Source: Octopus vulgaris (Eukaryota). From it: DNA of 64,000 bases. The stretch spans positions 111,600,001 through 111,664,000 of the forward strand of contig OX597823.1 in the NCBI GenBank assembly GCA_951406725.2, written 5' to 3'. Position 1 is the first letter of the stretch. Every line of letters starts with the position of its first letter. Positions 44,868-59,461 of this stretch are shown here, piece by piece. Under the pieces are notes generated by a model, which had not been told where the DNA came from, ran no database searches, and saw nothing but the letters and a program-made list of their open reading frames with translations. The translations under genes were made by a program, and so were the position numbers.

Positions 44868-45163
44868 GAGTGGTTAGAGCAGCAGACTCGTAGTCAAGGG
44901 ATCATGGGTTCGAATCTCAGACCGGATGATGTATGTGTTTATGAGCAAAACACATAAGCTCTACGCGGCTCCGGCAGAAGGTAATGGCGAATTTCTGCAA
45001 ACTCTTTCACCACAACTTTCTCTCACTCTTTCCTCCTGCATCTTGCAGCTCACCTGCGATGGATCAGCGTCCCATCTAGGTGAGGAACCTATATGCCAAG
45101 GAAACTGGGAAACCGGGAAACTGGCCTTTATGAGCCAGGCATGTCTCGAGAAGGAACAAACAA
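44868..45163 (+). mobile_element. SINE family D, slightly 5'-truncated
   Basis: AGTGGTTAGAGC...GGTTCGAATCTC, with a body homologous to the copies at 25760 and 63378. Confidence 0.9.
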
Positions 45164-48131
45164 TTTGTTATATGTACTAAAAGACACTTTTAAATTATTT
45201 ACATGCATATATCTGTATACACACATTTATTTGTATATTATATAATATATATGTGTGTTTGTGTGTGTGTGTATATTTTATTTTAGATTAACAAGGCAAC
45301 CGATGGTTTTATGTGAAAAGATCTTCACAATTGTTCGAGTGTTCAAATTGTTCCACAGGGAATTGTCAGTACTTGTCTCCATTTTGGATGAGAATATGCA
45401 TGTATATATATAATACATATTCACAAACACACACACACACAAATATGAAAAGTTAGGAAGAGTTGAAAATGCACAAAATATTTTACAGATATATGTATAT
45501 ACATATATACATACACACATGCACACAAACAATTACATTATGCACACACTTACACACAATCACAGATGCATGCACACACATGCACACTCACACACACATA
45601 CACATCCATACTTGTCTGAATAAAACAAGTTTTATATTTCAACAGAGGAAGTAAATATTTTTGATATATATAGATATATATTATGGAAGTACAAACACAA
45701 AAATATATTTTCATGTTACAAATGTTTTCATACAACACATTTACTGTAAAAATATAATTAATATGTATTTTCACAAAGGGAGTTTTACAAACACAATAGA
45801 GAGATAGAAAAAATTGCATATTACTGAAAAATTATTGTATAGAAGAACGTTTCTGTAAAGTAAAATAAATTATCGGATAAATTTTAGTATTCTGAGCCAA
45901 AAGAAGTTTTACAATAAAAGAACAACTTTACTTTAGTGACCAGGGCTGCTTTTCACTGTTGTTCAATTGACAAAGTTTAAAGTGTATTTTTCAAAGCATT
46001 TACTATGCACCAGTTATTTGTTAACAAAGCTTTTGTGGGCAGCAAATAGAAGATGATCTATTGAAATTCATGATGGCATGTCAGATTTGTTTTATTTCTC
46101 TTTCAAATTTATCAACAGCACCAGTCTGGTGGATTCCAATCTGACACAAAGAAATAAAAATCACGCTGTATTTATAGCTCTACCAGCAACAGTGATGCAG
46201 AGATCACCAGCTTCTTGAACTTGTCTCTGTTATGCTGAAGAGTTTAGCAGGTTAATATCAACAACAACAAAGAGTAGTCTCACTGGTCAAGCATTGTTAG
46301 GAAACCAAATGTATCCAACATGTTCATGAACTCATCAACAACAACCTCTGTGGGTCACGAGGGCCGTTGCAAAGCAGCCCAAGGCATCAGAGTCTCTTAT
46401 TAATTGTGTGTTGTATGAAGACATCGGGACAAAACTTAAGAACCCCAGATGGTCCTCAAAATCTTATGGTCACCAAGCACTTCTGATCTAAAATCTCCTC
46501 TTACTCATTATACCTCTCATGTTGGTCAGATGTGGACTGACCAATTGCCTGATGGTGTCAAGGAATTGTTTTGGGCTATTTCCATTAGTGCTTTAGGTAG
46601 TGTTGAAAAGATCCACTCAATGGTAGATTGCTATAATTTCTTTATTGCATCAGGGTCATTAAAAAGTCTTATTGTGGTTATCTTGAAAGTCCTGTGTCTT
46701 TGATGTATCTGGTTGAATGTTTGTAAAGACTTTTTGAGACTGTGCAGTATAATCTAAGTAAACAAGGAAAATATTTTTATTAGGTTTCTATTCATATCTA
46801 CTATGGAATTATCCCTCAAAGAAAATAATAAATATAGATTATTATTTGTCAATTTAAACAATAATTTTTTTATATCAATTAATTTAAATAAATAAAAGAA
46901 TTGTTGCATTGAAGATGCAATTGCTTATATATTTTTTGTTGAAGTTATACATAGGGGAAGACTTAGATACTTAATTACATACATTTATATACACACAATT
47001 TTTATTGTTGTATATATTGTGGTGACAAGGGACTATCTTTGACATGAAAGGGTTTCAATTGGTATGTGTTTGAGATGTATGGAAGTGAATTTTGATGGGT
47101 GTGGATTGCATTTACTTGGTTGTTTTTGTTGTTTTTTAATTTTAATTGATGTATGATTGAATAATTAACGCTCATGCTCATAATACAGAGACATTTTAAT
47201 TAATTTTACAATCCAGCCATCCTTTCACATGGAATTTTAAATAGTTTTCATTTCTTTTTTTCATTTTATCTAGTTTCAGCTCACGAGCTGTGGTCATCCT
47301 GGGGCACCGATTTAATTTTTTAGAATAATTGTTTATGTTATATATATTATGTTATATTATATTATATTCATAGTATATCATGTAATATTGTAATATAAAT
47401 AAATTATTGGATTGTCAATAGTATCTCTCAATATTTATCTTTATATAGGTGCTGGAGTGGCTGTGGGGTAAGTAGCTTGCTTACCAACCACATGGTTCCA
47501 GGTTCAGTCCCACTGCGTGGCACCTTGGGCAAGTGTCTTCTACTATAGCCTTGGGTCGACCAAAGCCTTGTGAGTGGATTTGGTAGATGGAAACTGAAAC
47601 AAACCTGTCGTATATATGTATATATATATGTATATATATATATATATGCATATATATATATATATATATACCTGACAAATGAAGTGAGTTCATAGTTCGC
47701 AGGACAGCCTGGTGTGCTAACCTTAGATTGTAGAGTGACCCGCTGTTCTTGAGGAGACCTATTGAGACAAGTACATCAATATCAAAATAAAAATTCAAAT
47801 GGAAATTGTGGTTAAGACACCCGTGCTGGTGACATGTAAAAAGCACCGTCCGAACGTGGCAGATGCCAGCGCTGCCTGACTGGCATTTGTGTTGGGGGAC
47901 ACATAAAAGCACCAACCAATCGTGGCCATTGCCAGCATGCTGTTGCCCCTGTGTCGGTGGCACATAAAAAATACCCACTACACTCATGGAGTGGTTGGCG
48001 TTAGGAAGGGCATCCAGCTGTAGAAACACTGCCAAATCAGACTAGAGCCTGGTGCAGCCTCCATGGCTTCCAAACCCCGGGCGAACCGTCCAACCCATGC
48101 CAGCGTGGAAAACAGACGTTAAATGATGATG

Positions 48132-48165
<34 letters not shown>

Positions 48166-48329
48166 AAAATTTAGAGGACTGGCCACTAAAAATGGACAGT
48201 CTGTATGCTAGATATAGACATCAAAAATGCCATTTTCCATGAAGAATGTGTTCTCAAGAAAAACTCAGCAAAAAACAAAATGTAAAAATAAGCAAGACAA
48301 ATGAAAATATACGAAATAAAAACGATTAC

Positions 48330-48405
48330 CTATGTACTAATTAGTTTCACTTGTTTAATATTTACATATATGGATACGCAAACATCTGCAAGATCATCAG
48401 CATAG
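48330..48405 (-). ncRNA. type I hammerhead ribozyme motif, core intact
   Basis: Minus strand: CTATG-CTGATGA-TCTTG...CAAGT-GAAA-CTAATTAG-TA-CATAG. Stem I has 5 bp, stem III is palindromic, and the triplet is GUA. Confidence 0.85.
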
Positions 48406-48706
48406 TCTGTCGTTTACAAAATACAATTTCCAGAACTACATACAGAACGCTTAACCGAAATCAAGCATGTATAAAGTTTTACAAATTATATTTATGTGTA
48501 TGCCTTCAAATGCCTTCACTTTGTCGTGCTGAGAAATGTATATATATATATATACAATTTATAAGTAAGTGCAAAAGAAAAAATTTCTAATGCCAAAATA
48601 TGCCGAAAATAGACATTACGTCAATAACCATGTAATTTGTCACTACAATCACATGTTTCAAAGAAAGCCGACAGAAATTTCTAAAAAATTCCGTTATTAC
48701 CATATT

Positions 48707-48756
48707 GGACCCGATTTCAGAGTTAGTTCATAAGAACCTTCTCTTCATCAGTGAAA
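48707..48756 (-). ncRNA. decayed hammerhead-like motif
   Basis: CTGATGA-AGAG...CTCT-GAAA-TCGG-GTC. The core and stem II are present, but stem I cannot form. Confidence 0.45.
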
Positions 48757-49169
48757 AATGCGGTAAAGAAATAAGTGAAATACTTACTTATACCCATGGA
48801 AGAAGCGAACTCTAAGCCACGAGCACAATTAAGTACCCAAATATATCCAAAATAGAAACTCTCCAGCATACCTCAAGACACACACACAAACATATATATA
48901 TATATATGTCAAGGGCGGTGCCCCAGCATGGCCTCAGCCGGATGGCTGAAACAAGTAAAAGAGTATATATATATATATATATATTGGCAATAGAGACCAA
49001 TAGAATAAGTACTAGGCTTACAAAGAAGAAGTCCTGGGATCGATTTGTTTGACTAAAGGCGGTGCTCCAGCATGGCCACAGTCAAGTAACTGAAGCAAGT
49101 AAAAGAGTAAAAGAGTAATACATATATATATGTATCTGTGAGTACATATATATATATATACATACATAT

Positions 49170-49200
<31 letters not shown>

Positions 49201-49511
49201 CATCTATAAAAGAATAAGATAATAAAATGAACTATAATTCTTGAAAAGCAGAGTTCAACCCAAATTATTATATCTCCCCTGTGCTACAGACTAATTCACT
49301 CTGCTGCAGAAATTTACAATCAATATGTTTTAGGGTTTATTTTATGTTTTTGGATATCCCAATGTTTTCGATTAATGTCTCACTGCCAATATCATTCCCT
49401 GACTAATCTCTCAAGAAAACTTATAGGCAACTCAAGTAAAAACATGCAAATAAATTATATTACTCAGAGCATATGTGTAAGTATGAGTGCGTTTGTGTGT
49501 AGATATATATG

Positions 49512-49881
<370 letters not shown>

Positions 49882-50280
49882 ATTCCATCCACACACATGC
49901 ACACAAGTATAAATTGTATCTATGTATATTTACGTGTGTTTATGCATTTTATTGTATGCATGTATATGTGCACTTGAAATTTTTATGTGTATGTATGTAT
50001 GTACATATGCATTCTAGCATAACAAAATTTATATAGATATACACCAATAAAAGCACTGGTGTGGAAACTTATATGCACACATATGCATTCATATAAATAG
50101 CTACGAATATTCTGTTATATCTGTGTGTATAACTACGTGTACTATGTATATCTATATAGATATACACACACACTGATACATATACACATACACGTGTTTG
50201 TGTGTGTATAGATATATATGTGTGTGTATATATTTATATCTATATATATTTACACACACACACATATATATATATGTATG

Positions 50281-50331
<51 letters not shown>

Positions 50332-50484
50332 ATGGATGCATGTTTGTATGACACTGGAAGCATTTGAGTCTAAACCCAAAATTAAAAAAATAAAAGTGTT
50401 TACTTTATACTAATTGAATTTTGTCAAAATATATTTATTATATATTTATAACTGAAACTTCAAATTCACAACTTTAAGACTCTT

Positions 50485-52122
50485 GTTCACCTTTGTTATT
50501 TGTTTTAGCCTTCATCCCACTTTCTGTAGTCCTACACAAAGTCAATGTGCACTCTGATCTGAGAAAGAATAGATTATGTCTCAACCAACTCCTCTTCATG
50601 GATGATTTAAAACTGTTCACTAAAACAGAACCTGAAACAGAGAGGCTGGTTGAGACTGGTTGGGACAGTATATAGGGATGTAATTTGATATCTCGAAGAG
50701 TGTGATGCTCATTTTGGAACAGGGTTGTAGGGGCATAGAATTGCCAAATGGAGAGGGAATGGAAGATCTGGATGATGATGGGTACAAGTACCTTGGGATC
50801 CTGGAGCTAGACGATATCTTGTACAGAGAAATGAAATACAAAGTCATCACTGCATATTTGAAGCACCTCAAACTTCTCTTGAAATCAAAACTCAACTCAA
50901 AGAACCTTGTTCCTACCATCAACGTATGGGCTGTTGCTGTAGTCCACTATGGTGCAACCACCCTGAAATGGACACAAGCAGAGATTAACCAACTCACTCA
51001 CCCTACCAGAAAGGTTATAGCAATCCATGGTGCAAACCTCCTTAAGGCGAACACACACAAGCTCTACATGAACAGGTTTAAAGGTGGACGTGGGCTGATT
51101 AGCATACAGGTGTGTATCAACAGTGAACGATGAAACATGGCAGAATGTTTGGTAAACAAGAAATAAAATCTGCTACAGTGTGCTGCAAATGTAGATGGAT
51201 TTACCAAAAATGGAATTGAGAGTGCTAATGAATTCCAATCACAGATAGCCAATGAGAGAGAAGATACTCTACTCCACATTAAATTACATGGTCAGTTCCA
51301 GTGGGAAACTAACAACTTAAAAGATCAGGTAACATCATGGAGGTGGCTCAGCAAGGGTGACTTAAAAAAGAATACTGAAAGCCTAATCATCGCTGCCCAG
51401 GATCAGGCATTGAAGACCAACTCATTGGAAAGAGATGTATAGCACACAACTGCATTGAACATCTACAGAATGTATAGGAAGAAGGTTGAAAGCATGACTC
51501 ACATTGTTAGTGCTTGTGAAAGTCTTGTGTAGAAAGAGTACAAGCACAGACATGACAAAGTAGCCCAAAACCTTAACTGGCTACTATGCTGGAAGCATGG
51601 ATATGAGATAACAGGTGCTTGGTACCAACATACATTGGAAAAGGTAATGGATGAAAAGGGGAAGGCAAAGCTCCTCTTCAACTTAGACTTCCAGACAGAC
51701 AAGGTGCTAGAGTACAAAAGGCTGGATATAGTAACATTTAGGAGGGACAAACAAGAGTACCTAATAATTGACATGGCAGTGCCAGGAGATCAACATATTA
51801 TCCTGAAAGAAAGAGAAAAGATTGATAAATATGGAGACCTGAGAATTGAGATTACCAAGATGTGGCAGCTACAAGAGTCGAGCATAAAGGTTATCCCTAT
51901 TGTTATTAGAGCATTGGGTTCAATACCACCCAACATTGAGAAACATCTGGAAACTTTAGAAATACCCTACAATCTAGGTGTATTGCCAAAAAATCGACAT
52001 TACTTGGAACTGCTCACGTATTATGTAAAGTACTGACCGTCTGAGGTCCATGTTGTGACTTAACAGACAATGCAAACCTCCAGTAGTCACAATAATAATA
52101 ATAATAATGATAATAATAATAA
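50485..52122 (+). mobile_element. 5'-truncated R4/Dong-type non-LTR retrotransposon (RT C-terminus, CCHC region, RLE, (AAT)n tail), pseudogenised
   Basis: LLFMDDLKLF, YKYLGILE, GGRGL, LHGQF, AAQDQALKTN, HIVSAC, RHDKVA, IIDMAVPGD, EKIDKY and PIVIRALG in order, with stops and frameshifts. Confidence 0.92.
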
Positions 52123-52124
52123 TC

Positions 52125-52347
52125 CTTATTGTTTCTACTCCAGGCACAAGGCCTTGAAAATTTTTGGGGAAGCAGGTTAGTTGATTACATCGACCCGAGT
52201 GTATAACTGGTACTTAGTTCATCGAACCCAAAAGGATGAAAAGCATAGTTGACCATGGCAGAATATGAACTCAAAATGAAAAGGACAGAAGAAATGCCAC
52301 TAGACATTTTGCCAGACATGCTTTCAATAATGCCAGCTCACTGCCTT
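52125..52347 (-). mobile_element. SINE family B variant, tail-to-tail with the LINE
   Basis: Reverse complement of GGCAGTGAGCTGGCA...CTTTTCATCCTTTTGGG. Confidence 0.8.
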
Positions 52348-53194
52348 AATAACGATGAACCCACTGCCTTAATAAAGATTGATGTTGTCTGAATAGGTGC
52401 TCAGTGTACCACAAGCCAGTTGTTAAATAATTCTTGCTTGTACAGTTACTATGATGGTCACTCCTGTCAGTTTCGAAATGAGTGTTTGAAGGAGAGGACT
52501 AAAAGTTAAAGATAGTAATAGAAAGAAAACAAAACAAAAACAAAACACTAAAGGAAAATCAATAACGTTAATGATGATTTTTGTCAAGAAATCTAAGAGT
52601 TAACTCCAAAATTCAAATTGACTGAAAATTGAATAAAAGCATACAAAAGAAATTATGTCATATATTTGATTAGCATCAAGTTCCAAATATTCATTTTGGA
52701 TCTGCCTTGGGATTCTTTAAAACAATTGTGATGTAAAACTGTGTCAAAATTGCTTTTAAATGCAGTCATTTGGCAAATAAACAGTATAAAAATTGCATTC
52801 AATATTAAAATAAGAAACTGTAGTCTGGTATTTGTATTACTCTCCATTTATTTTATTATAGTAGAGATAAGTGTCAAGTATTTATTGTAAGATTTACGAG
52901 AGCTCAGCTCCTTTATCATGAGTCTTTTGTAGAGAATTCAACCTATTTTCTGCATATAGATATATCATTCAGTGGTTTTGGAACTCTTATTTATCATCTT
53001 ACTATCAGAATATAAATAATAAGTGTGGTGCAGTCTTCAGTTATAAGATAGTTTCATTCAGCCTCAATTCAGTATCAGTTGAACTGACCTATGATTAAAG
53101 GCACTCTAGTTATGGCCAACCATCCTTTTATAGTATCTGATAGTTTACAGCCCAGCCAAAACTTTAGGCAGTTTCATGAGTTGTTTAATTTCTT

Positions 53195-53610
53195 ATGAGA
53201 CCTATTGAGTCAAGTCGACCGTGGTCGAGACAATCGAATTTACCATGCTACGCCAGACTTCACAGTCCATCATGGCATTACGGAGGTCCTGTTGCTGGAT
53301 GTCTGTATCCCTGGAGATTACATCAGGGTAGGAGAGTGTGTGCCCTCTGGTATTGCAAGTAGATTACATCAACATCGAAATAAATATCAAATGGAAATAG
53401 TAGTTGTGATACCTGTGCCGGTGGCACGTAAAAAGCACCCACTACACTCACGGAGTGGTTGGCGTTAGGAAGGGCATCCAGCTGTATAAACACTTCCAGA
53501 TCAGACTGGAGCCTGGTGCAGCCTCCTGGCTTGCCAGACCCCAGTCGAACCGTCCAACCCATGCTAGCATGGAAAAAGGACGTTAAACGATGAAGAGGAT
53601 GATGATGATG
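53195..53610 (+). mobile_element. SINE family C containing a ~150-bp foreign insert (53216-53364)
   Basis: Alignment to 47755-48133 shows the insert between CAAGT and TACATCAA. Confidence 0.8.
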
Positions 53611-54466
53611 AAAAGAAAAAGAAAAATATTAATAAAGACATAGAAACTTTAGGGAGTGGTTCCTTAAGACATGGAATGTCTTAAGGAACTTCAAGGTTTC
53701 CTCAGGATGAACAAGTTTGGGAAACACTATTTAACCTACTTAAAAACTAGGGCGGACATTACATATGAGTAATCCTGAAAACGCTAACAAATAGTGAATG
53801 GTCACAATCAGAATGCCATTTATTATAATTCTCTTTCTTTGGGTTTGACCCAGGGCTAAACAACAGCACTAAACACAAACTATATAGAAAGCAAAACAAA
53901 TATACAAAAATGCATAAATATAGAAACAAAATTAATACAAGCAAACAATGAAAGACACCAGCACACTAGTTTACTTAAATTACTAAAGAGAATGGTAGTA
54001 TGTAAAGAATATGAATTTGTCCATCTCAGCGGCTATTGGTAACTTAGCTATTAACAGTTATCAGTTATGATAGCATTCTTGGGAAGGGCTATGTCAGTTG
54101 GGGACCTCTTATATTAACTCTTCTCTAATTGGTCGAATAGCTGTCTTTGACAGTTTGTCTGTATAGAGATCAGAGCTGATTTATCAAAGATTTTGGTAAC
54201 TTGTTATTGAAGATGACAGCAATATCAACCTGGTTCCTGCTGATGCCGACTAACACTTCCATTTACCATCGTTTTCTTCAGCACTCATTTAATTTTGGAT
54301 CATGTCTCAGGTTATACATATATGTATGCATGTATGTATGTATGTTTTACCTATGCATTTATGTATACATGTATATATTCAAATATTATACATACATACA
54401 TACATACATACATACAAACACACACACACACATATACATACATACATACATACATACATACATACA

Positions 54467-54512
<46 letters not shown>

Positions 54513-55573
54513 CATACACATATTTAGAGGCATGCAAACATATATCCAGATATATCCAATATATATTGATATATATATATATATATGTATATGTGTATAA
54601 ATGTGTCTGTGTCTGTGTAGCTATGTGTGTATGTGTAACCATATATATGCATGTGTATATGCATGTATACATGTATGTTTGCATATCTGTAGAGCTATCA
54701 CATACTATACCTTCTCAATTACTACTTTGTTTTGAATAATATCAATGAATAAATGAAATAAGCAAAAGCCATAGAGAGAGAAAGAGAGAGTGAGAAGGAG
54801 TGAGCAAGAAAGAAAGAGAGAGGGATGGAGAGACAGAAAGAGAGAGACAGAGAGAGAGAGATGGACAGACATGTAGAAATACAGAAATATAAACAAACAG
54901 ATAGATTATTAGTCAGATAGACAAAGAGGCAAAGAGACAGAGAGAAGAGAATGCCATTTTCAAAATAGCTCAACTTCAAATGCATTGTTGACCATCCTCT
55001 GTAACTAAATATCATCGTCTTTTGGAAATGGATGCTATTGCAATATGAGTGAAGATATAAGCAGAAGAACATAGAAGTCTTCTTTGACATAATGGTAATT
55101 CACTATCTTCAGCTAACACATTAATGTGACAATACATACAAGTAACCAGAAGGCTTGCATTTGTTCTCGTAAATAATAAGACTTCTTAAACAGATATACA
55201 CCTGACAACAAGAATTAACTGTAAATTGACTCAATTTGCCAAGATGCTACAGACTACCTTTATATGTCTATATGTGTAATATGTTTCATTTACATATCTA
55301 TATATATATATATATATATATGGGTGTGTGTGTGTGTGTGTGTGTATGCGTGTGTGTGTATACATGCATATATGTATGCTTACACACACACACATATATA
55401 TGTATGCATGTAAATATATGTGTGAATTATTTTCTCTTTCTTTCTTTCTCTTTCTCTGTATGCATATGTCTACATGTATGTCTATGTGTATATATGTATA
55501 TAGGTGTACACACACATGCATATACACATCTGCATATATAGGTGTATATAAATATATGTACACATATATATGT

Positions 55574-55618
<45 letters not shown>

Positions 55619-56297
55619 AATATATATATACATGTATGTATACATCTTTATAAACACATACATATATATATATGTATACACCTTTATACATATATACATA
55701 TAGATGCATATGTGTATATATAAATATGCATAAATAAATACATACATATATATATATATCTGTAAATGTAATATGTGACAATTATTCAGTAGCCATGATA
55801 AAACTCCGAGTTTTGGATGTCAGGGTGGAGATCCACGCTGCCTATGCATTTATGTATACATTGGATTTCCACCCTTGAATGAAAGGTCTCTTTCTTTCTT
55901 CTGTTGTCTTACCATTTTTTATCAATATATATACACACAGTGCTTGCTTGCTGATAACATCTGCAAAAAATATTCAATCCAATGTATTATTAATGAATCC
56001 AAAGTATTATTTAATGAAGGAGGATTTATACATGAACTACTGCAAGTTTCATGCTTGTAGAGAACAGTAATTAGACAAACATGCACTATATGCACTCTGG
56101 CAATCATTTAGATTCAAATGACACAGTTACTCCATGAGGAAATATATTACGAATATAAGAGAAAAAATGCTTTGATAAAACGGGAATAAATGTTGTCTCT
56201 TTAACCCATTTGGTAAAGAGTATTTTAAATGTAGAATGTTTACATATAAAATAACTATACCATGTAGGTAGTTAAGTGGAGAAAAAATAAATGTGCA

Positions 56298-57363
56298 TTA
56301 AACTGTGTGTCTGATCTGCTGACAGAGGCGCACCTTCCAGTTCAATAGCAGAAACTTGTCAAAACTACTTTGTTAAAATTGCTGATATTGAGTTCAGAAG
56401 GTCAGTACATATACTTTGATCTCATAAGGATGTGTGTTCTTTCTACTACACAGTGCTTACACTTTTTGATCCACAAATCCTATATCTCTCTATGATGTTC
56501 CACATGATGGTGCATGGTATATAACTGTCCTCCAGGTCCAAAATATGACTGGATAGCTATGGTATATCTTTTCTGAAGTCACTGTTGCACAGTCCCATAA
56601 ATATTTTCTTTCAGTTTCTTTATTTGACAGAACAAGTGACCTCGGCTTCTTAGATGACTTAGTTAATCATGCATGCTTGGTTTAATGGGCAAATATCTGG
56701 ATTCCTGAAGAGGTAGTTTTGAATATGCAGCTTGCGTGGCTTATGTGAAATGTTTTTGAAATTGGGACTTCAACGTTCATGTAACAACTATTGATGATTT
56801 CTTTTTATCAATGGTGTTTGAAAAATGTCTGTTTATCATGGCTAGGAAAGTTTCTAGAAGCTGTGGCACTAATATGTAAAATATCCTTTCATGTAAGCCA
56901 CACAAGGTACCTTCGCCAAACTGTAACCTCAGGAATTTCAATAATTGCCCACTAAATCAGGCATGCATGATTAGCTCAGTCATCTGTGATGTCAAGGTCA
57001 CCTTTGTTCCACCAAAGAAGGAAACTAAAGGTATAAATATATTGGATTACTTGAAAGTGACTTCAAAAAGAGATATGTCAACCACTGGTCTTCTTTCAAA
57101 TATATACTCAAAAGGAAACACATGAAGTGAGCAAGTTACAACTGGACCTGGAGTGGAGTAATTTAGAGAGTTCTAGTTGCATTAGGTGTTCAAAAACCGA
57201 AAGCTCTGTGTCACTGAAAGAACATTCATCCTCATTGGATTGAAGAACTACAGGGATCTAGTAAACTTGATATCAAGCATTTTTATACAAAGTAGGGAAC
57301 TTGACATGTTTCTGTTACTGAACTGATAGACACCCTCCTTAATGGATCAGATACCCTGTTTAA
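56298..57363. mobile_element. old ~1.07-kb foldback element with ~460-bp diverged inverted arms
   Basis: 56298-56757 aligns to the reverse complement of ~56878-57363 in several blocks. TTAA occurs at both outer ends. Confidence 0.75.
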
Positions 57364-57661
57364 CGTTGCTTAGTCATTCTCCAACTAGGCATGATTATTT
57401 CAGAAGTAAATGCTCAACATTAATACTCATTCATCTGATGAGTGAAAGGAGTATAACTTTTGTTCCTCTTTTCTCAGTATTTTCTTCTCATTCCTTGATA
57501 TTTTCTTGTTCCTATTTTATTGCATCTCCTCATGGAGTATCCATGACTCCTGAGCCTGAATAGTTGCCAGAATGTCCAGGGTATGCTATACAAGCCCAAA
57601 TGATTACTGCACCAGCCAAGCAGGAAACTTGGAGTTTGTACTCTTGTACAAGTATGTGTGC

Positions 57662-57708
<47 letters not shown>

Positions 57709-57720
57709 CATATATATATA

Positions 57721-57927
57721 GTTAATCCAAACAAGAAAGCACAAAAAAACACAACAACGCGAGAACGTGGAACAAATATAGTATTATTGGACGCTCAGGA
57801 AAGAAGGAAAGAAGGAGGGTTTAACGTTTCGAGCAGAGCTCTTCATCAGAAACATAGGAGAAGGAAAGATCCAGAGAAGGGAAGACAGAGGAAAAAAATC
57901 GCCAACGGTACACACGAGGTCACATTT

Positions 57928-57929
<2 letters not shown>
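57721..57929 (-). mobile_element. ~210-bp HHR-bearing insert between (TA)n tracts (PLE pseudo-LTR-like)
   Basis: CpG-retaining unique sequence with sharp (TA)n boundaries on both sides. Confidence 0.7.
57819..57853 (-). ncRNA. minimal type I hammerhead ribozyme (35 nt)
   Basis: GTTT-CTGATGA-A-GAGC-TCT-GCTC-GAAA-CG-TT-AAAC. Stem I is GTTT/AAAC, stem II GAGC/GCTC, stem III the ACGT palindrome, and the triplet GUU. Confidence 0.85.
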
Positions 57930-57970
<41 letters not shown>

Positions 57971-57994
57971 CATACATACATATATATACATATC

Positions 57995-58048
<54 letters not shown>

Positions 58049-59461
58049 CACATACACACACAATGCCCATGCACACACACACACATGCACATAAATATAT
58101 ATACGTGTATATAAATATATGTAGATATGGTATCCAAATTTCAAAAACTTTTGAGTGGAAGGAAGATAAAGAAGAAAAGGGACAAAAGAATTTATTATTT
58201 CCTATTTAGTTTAGAACTTTTTAAACAACCATATAATGTGCACCTCTCTTATATTCTCTAACGTCTCTGCCATTTGGTGATATTTTGCCAAACCTTCTCT
58301 TGAAGCCCAAACTAGAAGTGATTTTAAAGAGAAAATCTTCTAGACTGAGCCTGGAAGTGAAAATACTCCACGAACACACTTGTAGATATAAGCAAATGTT
58401 ATTTGATGTCGCCCTCTTTTAATGTAAACCAACGAATAGAGAGGTAAGATATTTTTTTAATTATTTTTAAAATTCCACCAGCAGCAGAGATAATTCAAAT
58501 TTTCAATAGGAACAGTTTAAAATTTCTAATTTAACTGCATTAATTTTTCATGCACACAACTCCTTCTAACATGTATAATTTTAATCCACATTAATTTGTA
58601 TGACTTAAACCAAGACACAAATTAAATTTGCACTGATCATTTTAATCCATGCAAATAACCAACAGGTATTAAAATCTAGGTGTTAATTTGCCTAGATTCT
58701 AAGTTCTTAGCTCATGATAAAATTTATAAATATAATATAAAAGCTATTAATTCATCATATACATAGACCTATCTCTTTAACAAATTACACTTTAACAACA
58801 AATCCAACTTATCTTAAGAAATGTAACACTACTTTTCCTGGTTTATTTGGGATTTGAAAAATTATAACTGAATCTGTTAATTAGATTAGACAATTGTATC
58901 AAAAGAGAACTCATATATGACTCATAAGAGTTCCTGAAATTTATTATGCACAACTGAGAACTTAGCCAACTCACAAGCTAAAGAATTGATGCTAATGGCA
59001 AATAATGAAAGGGTTTCTGATATACATAAGTGCTTGCGAATTTTGCATGCACAACTAACAAGGAAATTATCCACATAGATAACTATTTGTATCAGGGGTA
59101 TATATTCTGGGTGTACTAGGGGTGTGCTGCACACCCATTGAAAATTGAAAATTCATTAACCTTATATAAACATTAACCTTATTCATTAATTTAATCACAA
59201 ATCTTAAATGAAAACTTTTGTTATCTCCCTGCTTGGAATTTGATGGAATTGGCTGTGACAGCACACTCAATACAACAACCACCAAACACCACTGATTAGT
59301 ATGTTATAGATTTAAGGACTGATTTACCTATTTACATCAACCCTTTAACACCAGTATATCCTAACCTCTAAATTAGTCTTCTTATTAGTAATTCTACTTT
59401 AAAGCAACATCTTAGTTTACTCACTTCAGTCAAACACTAATTGATATATCATTATTTTCTA

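Larger units (their letters stand above)
47447..49118 (+). mobile_element. SINE family A (head 47447-47610, tail ~48985-49118) expanded by nested inserts
   Basis: Head and tail are separated by (TA)n-delimited inserts: SINE C at 47671-48133, two HHR-bearing inserts and a SINE-tail fragment. Confidence 0.7.

Noticed and set aside
46540-46760. CR1/Crack-like LINE 3' end on the minus strand
   Set aside because: The similarity is only faint, too weak to annotate without a search.
50702-52036. Functional RT/endonuclease CDS
   Set aside because: It has multiple stops and frameshifts and is 5'-truncated, so it is a dead LINE copy.
57430-57460. CTGATGAGTGAAAG hammerhead-like string
   Set aside because: There is no stem II, no stem III palindrome and no convincing stem I.
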